In this document: one piece after another, positions 25,001 to 36,994 of the stretch
Layout: each line of letters begins with the position of its first letter
Numbering within the stretch: the stretch's first letter is position 1
Assembly: GCA_973895155.1 (NCBI GenBank)
Contig: OZ316892.1
Coordinates: 7,733,251-7,797,250 of the forward strand
Direction: 5' to 3'
Source of the DNA: Marsupella aquatica
Lineage: Eukaryota; Plantae; Marchantiophyta
Length of the DNA: 64,000 bases
The notes under the pieces: model-generated
Databases searched by the model: none
What the model was told of the DNA's origin: nothing
What the model saw: only the letters and a program-made list of their open reading frames with translations
Position numbers and translations under genes: made by a program

Positions 25001-26200
25001 GTTCCACCATTTTGCAGATTTTCCCTTTTCGGGGTGAAGAGCAACCCTATAGTTGGCATAGATGCAAGGGTTCTGGAGGGTGCCCTCCTTGAGACTAGTG
25101 GCATGCCCCTTGGTCCGACTCCATCAAGAATGAAGGAGTTGGTCAAGCTTATGGTGATAGGTAAGCTTAGAACTCTTGAATTTCTCTACAAGTTGGTGTA
25201 CTCTTTCATGTGACTTTGGATGACTTTTATTAGAATATTAGAGACTACGCTCTTGGCACCGCAATTGAGTTGATAGCCCGCGCGACACCATAATAGGCGC
25301 CGCACCGCATTTGAGTTGATTGCGTACGTGGAAGAGTAGATAGAGTACTAGGTTAGATTTCACTAAATCATGTTGCATGCATCCATATATCGAGGGATGC
25401 AGTATTGTAGGCCATGCAATCTTATAGTATGCCATGTGTCATGTCAGTTGTTTACTTGAGTTGGCTCTACTGTATAAAGCCTTGAGCCCATTTCTCAGTA
25501 ATTCAAGCGTTCTTTACTTTACTGTAAATACTCCAACACTCTCCACACATGAGCTCACTCTCTCCCTCAAGCCACTTTGTTGCAATGAGCATGCATTATC
25601 ACACAAGTGGCTTACACTAGCCCTGGTATATGCCTCACACACAACTTACTTACTAACCTATTTACCTCACCTAAGTCCCTAACAGTGGTAAGTTAGCCTA
25701 ATTGCCGTAACCTATGAGTGACAAGACTAAGAGCAGAACAAACACCCCCCATGTACCCCTTCTTAGTATTTCTGCTTACAAAAAGATACCTTGTTAATGT
25801 AAATTAAAGTATTAACTTTTCCTATTAAATTTGATCCAAGAATAATATAACTTCACACAATGAGCCAACTCTAACAAACATTGTTTGAGCACTTGGTGTA
25901 AGAAAAGGGCAATGCGGAAAATGAGAGCAATCACTCAATCTCACACTACACCAACATGACACCATGATCATACTTGGAGAAACTCCGTAAGGATCCATTT
26001 GATACCCGATTTGATAGCTCATGAATGATTGAGATTGAACATGTGAAGAATGAGGGAGAGAATGCTCTCCCTCTAACCTATACCCTCCAAGGGGGACTAA
26101 GATGTGTGGGCCTAAATAAGTGGATGTTATCCTAAACTAACCAAGGGTCAATTAACCCTAGTAAGGCCAGACTAACTATAGTCGGGAACTCGAGTCAATT
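22100..26200. mobile_element. Probable nested, highly decayed retroelement remnants (GA-rich tract 22600-22940; LTR-like segment about 25236-25684)
   Basis: TATTAG...CCTAACA contains a TATA-like TATAAAG and is followed by a degenerate PBS-like GTGGTAAGTTAGCC. The region has no convincing gag/pol ORF and no Sola palindromes. Confidence 0.3.
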
Positions 26201-26416
26201 CCTAAGAAGATGTCATTGAGACAAACAGACGTTGTGTCGCCCAAGATGCCGTTAAGAAAATATAGAATGTGGTGTCACATAAGATGTTCTTAAGAAAAAA
26301 ACTGTCGCACAAAAAGGGCGCAGAAAATGAGTAACAACCACAAACTATCACCAGTTCAGGCAGGCGGAGGAGGGATTCACTCGGGACCGTCTTTGAGAGC
26401 AGGAGAGGAAGCAATG

Positions 26417-26839
26417 ATGTCAAAGCGAGGGCGCGGAGGTTCCTCCGGGAACAAGTTCCGTATGTCACTTGCTCTGCCCGTCAGTGCTGTGGTGAATTGT
26501 GCCGATAATACTGGTGCAAAGAACCTTTATATTATCTCAGTGAAAGGAGTACAAGGACGCCTGAACAGGCTGCATGCAGCTGCAGCACGTGATCTGGTGA
26601 TGGCCACAGTCAAGAAGGGGAAACCTGATCTAAGAAAGAAGGTCATGCCTGCTGTCATCGTTAGGCAAAGGAAGCCGTGGCACCGCAAAGACGACGTGTT
26701 TATGTACTTTGAAGATAATGCGAGAGTCATCGTGAATCCAAAGGGAGAGATGAAAGGATCTGCGATCACGGGACCAATTGCGAAGGAGTGTGCATATTTG
26801 TGGCCTAGAATTGCAAGTGCCGCGAATGCCATTTTGTAA
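26417..26839 (+). pseudogene. RPL23: Intronless full-length (140 aa) 60S ribosomal protein L23/uL14 retrocopy with substitutions at conserved sites
   Basis: [18 protein letters not shown]...[13 protein letters not shown]...[11 protein letters not shown]...[11 protein letters not shown]. The frame is open, but RLH/ARD, WHRKDD, EDNAR and CAYLW replace the usual RLP/GD, WRRKDG, EDNAG and CADLW. Confidence 0.9.
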
Positions 26840-26917
26840 ACTTCTTCTTTTTAGTTTTACACAGTTTGAGCACAATCATGCAAATACAATAAACTCTAGA
26901 TAAGTGACACTCTCACT

Positions 26918-27132
26918 ATCCGATTACACTAATTTTTCCATTCCTTGATAAGTGCACATCCCCTAAAATTTTCACTTACTAATAAATGGCATCTCCACAG
27001 GTGAGCAGCCGTGTGACTCATTACACAAAATGTGAATACTTGCCATAAATTTGATGTCCATAAGTCCAAATTTTCCTTTACTAAAAAAAAGGGTGTGCAC
27101 TTATCAGTAAATTAATGCAATCTCATTGGATT
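26918..27132. mobile_element. Small MITE-like inverted repeat
   Basis: TGATAAGTGCACATCCC (about 26946) is inverted to GGGTGTGCACTTATCA (about 27091). Similar GATAAGTGC/CACTTATCA words occur at 46400-46690. Confidence 0.4.
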
Positions 27133-29212
27133 ATGTGCTTCCCGATAACTGTACCATCTTTCTTAGTTTGAGTAAGGCACTTATAAATTGTTTTGCATTT
27201 AATAAAGTTCTCATGTAGCTAAATGACTTGATATTTATTTGGCCTTAGATAAGGTGGAAAAAATGCAAAACTTCTTGTAAAATGAGAAGAAAGACAAAAC
27301 CAAATTGGCTCTTGGACAGAACCAGTTGTACATTGGGGCAAGGGTAAATTTTGTATAGAGAAGATTGAGAGATTGGGATTGACAAATACATTAGGTTCAA
27401 ATAGATTAGGTCGGGGTATGTACTTGCAAGTACAATGGGAGGATAGAGGGGTGAATCCATTGGCCTACAATAAGGAAGGTATATAGCCAGGGAAGAATAC
27501 TTGTACTTGTTTTGCAGAATTACCTTTTTGCAGGGTTTGGTTCATTTGTTTCTCCTATACTAAGTTTCTTTAGAATTTTTCTGAGTGACACACAAACTGC
27601 AAATTCAAATAACGACCACTTCAAAAAAGGGCGCATTCAACTCTTTATTATAGTTCTTGATTTTCCCGCATGTCCGGCCTTCATTTGTTGACATCTTTCA
27701 GATTGGTATCAATGTATTATTCAGATTAGGAAATCATGATGATGGTTATATGTGTAATTAAATCATGATGAATGATGATTAGTTAAATAATATACATTAA
27801 ATATTAATTATTTTTAAAAATTAATAAATCCAGAAGTATAATTTTTAAGTATTTGATAAACATACTCATTTGTCCCTCAACCATTAACCCCTAATAACCC
27901 ACAATAGTTGGCTCAACTAGGTTCAACTATGTGATGGGGGTCCAAAGATAATAGTTTTGTGAAACATACATAATTAGTTACTGCAAGACTAGAACTTCTA
28001 TACTGTCTCCGTTGTTCTAAAGAGACCAAAACACAGTAACCAATGTATTATAACTAAGTATGATGTATAATTATACTATTTAATGATGACCGGACCGAAC
28101 ATTTAATGATTTATCTTTTTTGTTTTACTTCATTCTTTCTTTCTTTTTCCAATTTGTGAAGCCTAAGTAATGTGACCAAACCCCTTTGTCACAGGCCTGC
28201 TTAATGTTTGTTATGCGATATTGGAAACATTTCTGACTAACAGTGAAAATTATGGTTACTTTGGTCCGAACATTACCGGGATCAATACCTGAACATTTAC
28301 GGTCCAATGTGTACATGAAATCAGACAGTCTGCTCACATCTACAAGACATCACGTTTGAGTGTTCAACCGTAATTGCATGGCACTATAAGTATAAGAGGG
28401 AGACCATCACAGGTAAAAATGGTCCCCAACAAGGTCCCTACCAAGGTCTTCATAGGGTAAAATATGAATTTCGAATTTCGAATTTCATATAATTAGGTCC
28501 GCTCACATGTGCATGAAGTACAAGTGTTCACTTTCAAATTTCAAACATCAGATTCGTCCCCGCACATGTGCATCAAGTACTGTCAAGTATATACTTTCAA
28601 ATTTCAAATTTCAAACTTCCCCCCAAAACCGTGAAGGTGAGCAAGACGGGATGAGTATTCTGTTTGTCGTCCCATCTTTTCATTTCATTTGGCAATTGTG
28701 AATCATGGAGCGAGGCTGAGAACAAGTTCAACATCTGCGTTTCTCGGAGGTTTGGAGCTTGGTTGAGCTCGGGAGAGTTTTGATGTGAATGAACAATCCC
28801 AGAGACTCGACGATTCATTGAAAGGGGCATCAGAGATTCATCGTTCGCGATCCACAATCTCAGACTCAGGAGTCGGAGACTACTCGACATTGTCATTGAA
28901 TAAGGTACTCGGGAGGGTTCTTTTGAAATTTCTATCATTTAAGAGTAGATCGTCCACTTCTTAGACTAGAAAGTATGTTCATTTCAGTTAAAATCCCAGC
29001 TTCATGTCCCAACTTATGCCTTCATTAGAATTTATTCTGAATAATCTCATTGGATTCTTGAGATATTGGAGTTCTTGTGACTGGATCCTACTTTCACTCT
29101 GTTCAAAAATATAATCTAGGTCTCGTGGGGATCTGAGAGATTCCTCTGATGAAATCTCTTAACAGAGTCTTGTCGCAGAGAAGAATGTTAAAAACTGAGA
29201 GGGAGAGGGCGA

Positions 29213-29878
29213 CAGAACACCGTCCCGTGGGGTTCATGAGTTGTGGTTTCAAGGAATGGATGTTAGCCGAGCAGTGATAGTGACATTAAACTTCTTAGGA
29301 TGACTCTTCTTGGAGATACCACTGGTTGATGTTGATTGACCGACGGAACAGTGTTCCGCCGGCACAGTTCAATATTGGTTTGATTGATGTTTTTGAGTTT
29401 TATTTATGATGATGTGTTTTTTGAGATCCCTACAATATATTTTGAGTGGCCCACGGAACAGTGTTCCACCTCCACCGTTAAAAATTTGTGCGATGAAAGT
29501 TCCAGTTTTAATGATGAGTATGTCTTTTATTTGAGATACCTCCCATTGATTTTGACCGACTGACGGAACAGTGTTCCGCCAGCAGAGTTCAAGATTATTG
29601 ACACATGAAGTGAATTTGGAAGGAAGGGCGGAGATCGGGTTTTGCAAAATCCTTTGTTATCTGGTTTGGTTTGAGGGTATTTTGATGGAGAGACCGCGGG
29701 AGAGACGTGACATTTTAAAGTTGTCCTGCTGAAAATTATTGATGTGCATTTCAAAACAATCGGCAGAACACTGTTCCGTGCGGTGTTGGAGGATATTTAA
29801 AATGAGAGAGGGGTATTCATTTAATCTTGAGGGACTTTTGAGTCGTGATGGATAATTACCTACATGACAGTGTTCCAT
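29213..29878. promoter_or_regulatory. Cluster of 5-6 CGGAAC-nnn-GTTCCG palindromes upstream of the transposase
   Basis: Copies at about 29213, 29345, 29454, 29564 and 29765, with a half copy at about 29868. Several are spaced about 110 bp apart. Confidence 0.6.
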
Positions 29879-29969
29879 TGTATTTGTCAATTAATTTATG
29901 AGAGATACATTATTCTTATCAATAACCATGTTTTGGATTTAATTGTAATTGGTTCATCTGTTCTGACAG

Positions 29970-32900
29970 AAACATAGTAAACTTGAAGAGCTGGATTCGA
30001 GTTGGGAAAGAGGTTGGGTTATGTGTTGGAGCCTCTTTGGTTGGGAAAGGGACGATCATAAATCTTGATCCGACGGTCAAGGTAGATGATTGCTCACTTG
30101 GTTCGGATAGAGTGTTGGTAAGGATTGACAAAGTTCTGAGAAATGGCGATGGAGAGAATCCTATATTTGACTCAAACTCCACAAGACCTTGGAGAAGGAC
30201 CGATCTTTTGCCGCTTGCCTCTGGAGATTTTGGAAATTCTGAGATAGGAGGGTACGAACATGGAAATGAAGGTCACGATGGAATTGGAGAGGGGAGGGAG
30301 CACCAAAAGGAGATCATAATACGCAGGTGTGATTGGAGAGAGATGACGGTAAAAGTCATTGATGACAATAATGTCAACTTCTCAATTGCGATGGTGAGTA
30401 CAACTAATCCGGATGTGGTGTTGCAAGGCACATTGCTTGGAGAGACACATGTTGGTATACTCATCATGGAATTCGTTGATGGTGCTCGAAGAGAGCATTT
30501 GAAACATAAAGATTGCCTTGTACCATGGCCAATTACAAGGTTAATTGCACCGGGAAAAAGTTTACATTACCATTTTCAGAATCAGAGGCTAGAACGACAG
30601 GACGTCTCAAGCGGGAAGAGGTCATATGTTAGTAAAGTGAGACCTCAAAAGAAACCACGGAAGGATCTGACTAGGAAAGAATGAGCCCTATCACCCGAGG
30701 ACATCCTATTGATCAGTACGAATAATTGTTGTCGGCGTAAATGTTGTCAATACTTTGACCGTGACTTGGCTCTAAAAATTAGGGAGAAGTACTTCAGTAA
30801 GTCATTTCAAGAAAGGAAAGAGGAAGAAGTGTTGGCGATTCAGAATGCGCTAGACACATCCGACGGAGAGAGGTTGTTAGGCGTTGAAGGAGTTCCAATT
30901 TGTCTTGAGGCCTGGAAGGTATTGCATGCCAAGAAGAAGACCCAATTTGATATTATGAAGAAGCAAGTTCGGGAAGGATTGAAGATATCACAACATGGCA
31001 ACCAAGGGAAAAAAAGGATGTCAAAGAGAGTCTCGCAATCATTGATGTCAATGAAAATGATTATTGATGAGAGTGCAGATAATCATCCTGCAAAACAAAG
31101 AACTTTGGCTGACAACTCTCAGGTAGGTCTTCGGGAGTTGCCGACAAGCGTTACTTGGGAGACTATCAGGGATCGGGTGAATGGCATAAACATCGCCCTT
31201 GGCCTCCGCCCAACATCCCAACCAACAATGAGTTTCCTTCACCAGAAATATTTTTAAGAAGTTCTGATTCACAAGAAGGGAAACAACTTTTCGAAATGCA
31301 ACACTTGTAGTGAGTTGCAGCAACGGAGGTCTCGCCTTTCTGGAGGAAAGGAAGAGTTGGAGATTTTCAGACGAGATGAGGAGGAGCATCATGAAGATCA
31401 CATGCAGGGGAGACTCTTATATCATGCTTGGAGGTCGCATTCTGTTGCACATCCCAAAGAGTCAGTCTGTATCATCCATGACAAAATGGACCATTGTAAG
31501 ACTGCTCTTCCAAAAATGCCATGGAATCCAAAAGATTGCGATGGCTCTGTTCGACTGCCCATCACTGTAACCGGCATTTTAACTCATGGTCATGGGCCTA
31601 AGTGTGGCTCAGTACAATCTTGCTTGTTGGGCTCCGGATTCAAATGCAAGCATTGGGTCTATAGACTCAATTCTTCGTATGTTGGAAAATCCTGAACCTA
31701 TGATCAATTCACTTCTGGAAGGGCCGGATTCCACAAACGTTTTCAACAATCTTCTATGGGGGAGAAAAGATGTTCTTGAGGAAGATGTTAGGAAAGCATT
31801 TAATGACGACACCAGATTCATTGCGGAGCAAGGTATGAAAGTCTTCTACATATTGACAATGCTCAATCCTATGATTTTGTAGCATTATGTCCCTTTTTGT
31901 GAATCCATGTACAACAAGGCTACTTTGTGTCCATAATTTTCTAAAACATTGGGATTTGTAACAATGCAGCCGAGTCATCATCTTCACCCCCGAGTGATTG
32001 TTTCAGGCCTCTCCCACGGACATTGAAATTACAACTTGACAATGCACCAAGTGACAACAAGAACAGATTTGTTATGGCATATTTATCATTGTTAACAGCA
32101 AGGAAGGTATTTGAGGAGGTTCAACTTGGATTCCTTATGGTTGGGCACACTCATGAGGATGTTGATGGGATGTTTGGGCATTTCTCAGAATCTCTTATGC
32201 ACAATCCAACATGGACATTGCCTGATTTGATGAGCTTGTTCATGAAAGCAAGAACGCCAAGTCCGGTTCCACATTTTGTTCAAGAAGTACCCGATTTCAA
32301 AGGGTATGTAGAACCTTTTCTACTAAGAGGCCCAGACTCATTGGTGGGGCATGGAAAGCCCCGACTATTTCGATTCTATGTTCGAGAGGATGGGATGCCA
32401 TGCTTTCAGTATAAGCTCAAGTCAAATGATGTTGTGCCATGGGTGCCAAAGGAAGGGATTGAAATGTGGAGGTGGGGAAATGATGGATGTCCAAACCTTC
32501 CACATGGGATGCCAAAAAGACTTCCCATGACAGAAATAAGCATGTTGGCTGATGTTCGTGTAGGGATACAAAAACATTTAAAGTTCTTCCAATTGATTGT
32601 GGATAGAAGCAAGACAGAGGAATCAAGAGAATCTTGGGACGATCTCATCCAATACTGGAAGGTTGTCTTAGCTACATTGGAAACGGAGGTTGTACAATAT
32701 AGGCAAGAAGATGGAGACAACTTGAAAGGCGGATTTTGGCCTCGGTCAAATTGGAAGGACAATGTGCCTGTCACTTTTCGGAATGTTGCATGTGAGTTGG
32801 ATGCAAGAGAGTACTATGTTGGACCTGTGAAAAATAGGCCACGAGAAGCCTTTCAACCAAGAGTAGATATTGTCAAAGGTCATTTTATTTTGCAAAGACC

Positions 32901-33270
32901 AGCAACGGAGGATATAGAGAACTATCCTGTTCATTTGGGAAGAGTTGTAACCGATGTGGAAGAAGGAGGGCTGAATGATGAGAACAAGCTTGAGCATGTG
33001 TGTTCAGTGGAGTGGTTCCGGCCTCATATGGGCAAGAGTGAAGTGGGACAGAAAGAAAGGTGGAAAAATTGTTGGACTAAAATATGGGAGCGGGATGAAC
33101 GAGAATATCCCACGCCTCTCAAAATAGCTGTGAATAGTGTTTTGTGGTGCTTCAAGTCTCAAAACACTAAATCTGGTTTGGTTTCAATTCCAAAATCTGT
33201 TTTGGTAAAAGCACAAGACAATCTTGAGAGATGTAAAGAAGCAGATGATGGAGTGCTTCACCAAGAATGA
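29970..33270 (+). pseudogene. Sola1-type DDD transposase, disrupted (TGA at 30682, frameshifts at about 31255 and 31600, intron about 31833-31968)
   Basis: CCRRKCCQYF and FSKCNTC Cys motifs. Catalytic-type motifs CIIHDKMD, LQLDNAPSDNKN and FLMVGHTHEDVDGMFG. Confidence 0.85.
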
Positions 33271-33624
33271 CAAGTGAACCAATGTGGGGACAAATGAAAG
33301 TTCCTCTCATGAATAGGGGTTAGGGTGACTGCCTGGGTTTAGGGTTTAGGGAATAGATAAAGACAAAATGTTTTCAAATATTACTTGTACCTCTAAGTGC
33401 CATTTAGAACATAAATTTTTGTACAAATGGATACCCAACAATTTTACATTGTGAATTATTCATTTGGGGAATCTCGTGTTGTGTTCACAATTTATTGTTT
33501 GATTGATGTTTTATGATGTTCTAATCTTAATTATCATTTAATTTAATAATTTAATTTAATATATTCAAGTATTTAGCAAAAAACGGAATTTAACAAATAT
33601 ACCGGTATTGTCTAAATTGGTGTT

Positions 33625-33981
33625 ATATTTACTTAACTACATCTTTTGAGAAATCACATATTTGCTTAACAACATCTATTGCTTAATGACATCTTTTACT
33701 GAATGATATCTTTTATTTAACTACATCTTTTGGGCAATGACATATTTTACTTCACGACATCTTTTGAGCAACCACATATTTACTTAACAATTTTTTTTGC
33801 TTAATAACATCTTTTGCTGAACTATATCTTTTACTTGACGGCATCTTTTGCAAATTATGATTTATTTACTTAACAAGATCTTTTGTGTAATGACATCTTT
33901 TACTTATTTAACAACATCTTTAATGCGGCGACATGTATACAGAAACAACATCTTTTGTGCAACGCACAGGGATTGAACTTG
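33625..33981 (+). mobile_element. Right part and 3-prime end of the interrupted Helitron-like element
   Basis: The ACATCTTTT array ends TGTGCAACGCACAGGGATTGAACTTG|T, a short hairpin plus a CTTG end resembling plant Helitron GCAACGCACGGG...CTAG termini. Confidence 0.6.
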
Positions 33982-36698
33982 TCAAGTCTACATCATTGTG
34001 ATCGTAAATTGCCAATGTGACGACCATTTATTTGGCCAAAGCTTAAACCAGTACGACCAAGTGAACATCCTAGTTTTCTGCTTAAATGTTTAAGAGTGTG
34101 GACATTCTGACGCAGATTGCATTCTCTGCTCAAACATCTATGTTCGTAATAATAATTAATGTTGTCCTGGTTTGGGCAGCCTTTTGATTGTAGTGGGAAA
34201 GTGTCTTCTTGTCTTGTAAAGCTTGCCTGAGTGAGTACCTCTTGAATCACAAAGCATTTGACCAGAGAAAATTAAATGGTTGGTTAATTCGCTGTCCCAA
34301 TCAAGATGTCCTATGCTCATTATCAACCTCTTGCCTTCATAAGTAAGTTATTTGAGGTTAGCAAGGTAGGTGGTGAGTTAGCGAGATGTACAGTTCCTGG
34401 TTACCTTTTTGCTATTTTACAGGGCTGGCATTTTAACCCATGGGAGTTACAGACCAAACCTATCTTGTAACGAGGTGATAAGCCACCCCAGAAGCCACCT
34501 GATCCCTGGTTGTGGGCCACATAGTTGGTATTACCTCGCAACCAGATCTACATGTTATACTTAAGGTGAGATTGGACACTAACACACCCATGAGGATTGA
34601 CATTGACCGAGGCCAGAGGCTGGGCATCTACAACATGAGTATTCTCATTTATGGGAAATAATCAGGGGGCATGTGGTGGCCCCTGATTTCCTTGGAGCCA
34701 AGAAACAATCAACCTCGTCCATGATAACGTAACAGATCACTTACAACATACTTAGGCTGCCCCCATTCCCCTGGATTTGCCTTGTGTAAACAAGAGTGAA
34801 AGCAATCTTAGTACTCCTACTCGAGTAATGGAGTATGTTTTTCAATTGGTTTGGTACAATTTATTGTCTGTCTTTTTCTGCCTTTTGAGAGAACATCCTG
34901 GTCTCACTTTTGGCAATTAGAGGAAGGAATTTTCCCTCTTGTGCTGTTGCTGCCCACATCATTGTTGCGCATAACATAATGTTAAACTAAGAAGGGTGTT
35001 TTTAATCTCAACTGATTTTGGCATAACTGATGAATTCTCTTCCCAAGTTTTGATGATTTAACATATTTTTATTCTTCCATTGAAAATGAGAATGCAAGGA
35101 AAACTTTGGGGGTCTCACTATGTGGAAAACTCTGGCCTGAACTATACCAAGGGACCAAAGCGTCCCTCATAGTATCATGAATAACCATGTTTCTCCACCT
35201 CTACTACACTGAAGAAGATAGACCCCTTACTATGACATCACAAGGTTTGCCAGATGTACAAGTAGATAAGCTTAGGAGAGGTGCTTGTGATAACCCACAT
35301 TTAAAAGATGCATTGATGGTCATTGAGAACTCCTCTAAAAATATCCTCATATGATCAGGGAGGGTTGTATTGGTCTGAAGCCAACCCCTCTGTGCCCTTG
35401 CCTCTTGAAGAAAGAATCCAAGCTGGGTCCATTGTAGCTACCCCTACGAGGATGCTAGATATTAGGTTGACAGTCTGCATATGCTTGCCTAGGTCAGGTT
35501 GATGATGACCATAGTTCAGGGACATTTGAAGGTAACATAGCTCAAAGAGGGTCGAGTAGCGATGACCACGTGTCTCTTAGATAAACCTGAAATGCTAGGG
35601 ACCCTTCCTTGACCTCCATGAAAGATGAACCCGGAAGATGAAAATAAACTAAGAAGGTCTAAGTATTGTTGTTGAGCAACCTAGCTGCTAATAATGAGAA
35701 TGCCTCTATGTCACTCTTCATGTATAAAATGTCAAATAAATAGAAAGATATATGAGACATCAATGTGATCTTATTTGACTGTAATACACAAAAATAAATA
35801 TTATGTGAGTATAATACTATAATAAAGGATAAGCATAAATTAATATAGAGCTAGGAGGCATCTAAAAAAAGAAAATTAGAAACATTAACTAAGAGAGGGA
35901 CTAAAGTGAAAATGATGCTCTCATGGACCACAATGTTGGTCTTTGAAAGCCCCCATAAACCACATTTCCCAAAATTTGAGTTTAATTGTAATAGCATGAT
36001 GTTCAAATATGTTTTAGGTGTGCTAGAGGAGTAGGTAAGCTACACTTCCATCAAAGTGACACCCAATTTTGTACCATTTTGGTTAAGTTATTCATAATGG
36101 AATGAGGAGGGGTAATTCTAATACATTAATTTTCATTGTGCTAGTAAATATAATATATTAGAGCTTGTGCTTTTCGATCACGTCTCCTCTTTCACTAGTT
36201 GCCTTGCAGGTGAAAAACTAAAAATTATCTTAGGAATCATAACCATCAAGTGATATGCCCAAACCTCCCATGGACCACCAAAATGTGGTCCACACGAATG
36301 CTGTGTCCAACATGGAGGTCCATCCATCCAGGCTTTACTTTTGACAAAAGTTCAGAATCCAATAAAACAAATGTAGTTTGTCTAGGCAAATTGAAATTAG
36401 TTCATGGACCCCTGACTATTGCCGATTAGTTTGCAACTTAGAAGAAATCTTGTTGAACATTTTGACCTCAAATGCTCTCTAATTGGACAACCCAGAAAAG
36501 TGATCTCATCACAAATTCCACCCATCCACACAACAGTGGCAGCTCACTCGGATTCCTGTGCATATATAGCCTACATTCTATGTAACCTATGTCTCCTCTC
36601 CTTTTCTCCATTGGTTGTCTTGTTACGCTAATGACACCAGATTGACCACTGACCAGACCACTACACTCTGATTGAATTCTACTTGATCAAGCTCTGCA

Positions 36699-36994
36699 CT
36701 CAGGGGTCTCACTATATGGATGCCTCCCCATCACCTGTGACGTTTTTAGGCCTCGGACCCCCTAAAATGTAAGAAAAAAATATTATTTTTCAACCCCTAT
36801 AAAGTTGGAATATTCTTGGAATATTTTTAAAATTGGTTATAAGGACCCTAATATTCTTATAAGTCTCAAAATTTGATAAAAAAACTCTATTGTTCTACTG
36901 AGAAAATTACTAAGTCTTCCCTTTGAACCAATAAAATGACCTGTATACTTCGTTGCACGTGATGTGCCATTTTTTTGGAAGTGAAACCCCCGAG
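36699..36994 (+). mobile_element. 296-bp MITE sharing ends with the P-like element at 52929
   Basis: Ends CTCAGGGGTCTCACT ... AGTGAAACCCCCGAG. Perfect TSD GCTCTGCA at 36691-36698 and 36995-37002. Confidence 0.92.

Larger units (their letters stand above)
10483..33624 (+). mobile_element. Giant (23,142 bp) Sola1-type DNA transposon with cargo genes
   Basis: TIRs AACACTAATTTAAACAATA (10483-10501) and TATTGTCTAAATTGGTGTT (33606-33624) match at 17 of 19 bases. ATAT is duplicated at 10479-10482 and 33625-33628. Excision regenerates the host repeat unit GAGCAAC(C/T)ACATATTTACTTAAC seen at about 33766. A Sola1-like transposase lies inside. Confidence 0.85.

Noticed and set aside
33315-33350. Telomere-like TTTAGGG repeats (also about 5292 and 8875-8910)
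   Set aside because: Only 2-3 imperfect units occur, which indicates teloboxes or chance, not a telomere or fusion site.
34200-36400. Possible decayed retroelement between the Helitron end and the MITE
   Set aside because: No gag, RT, integrase or LTR signal could be identified with confidence by eye.
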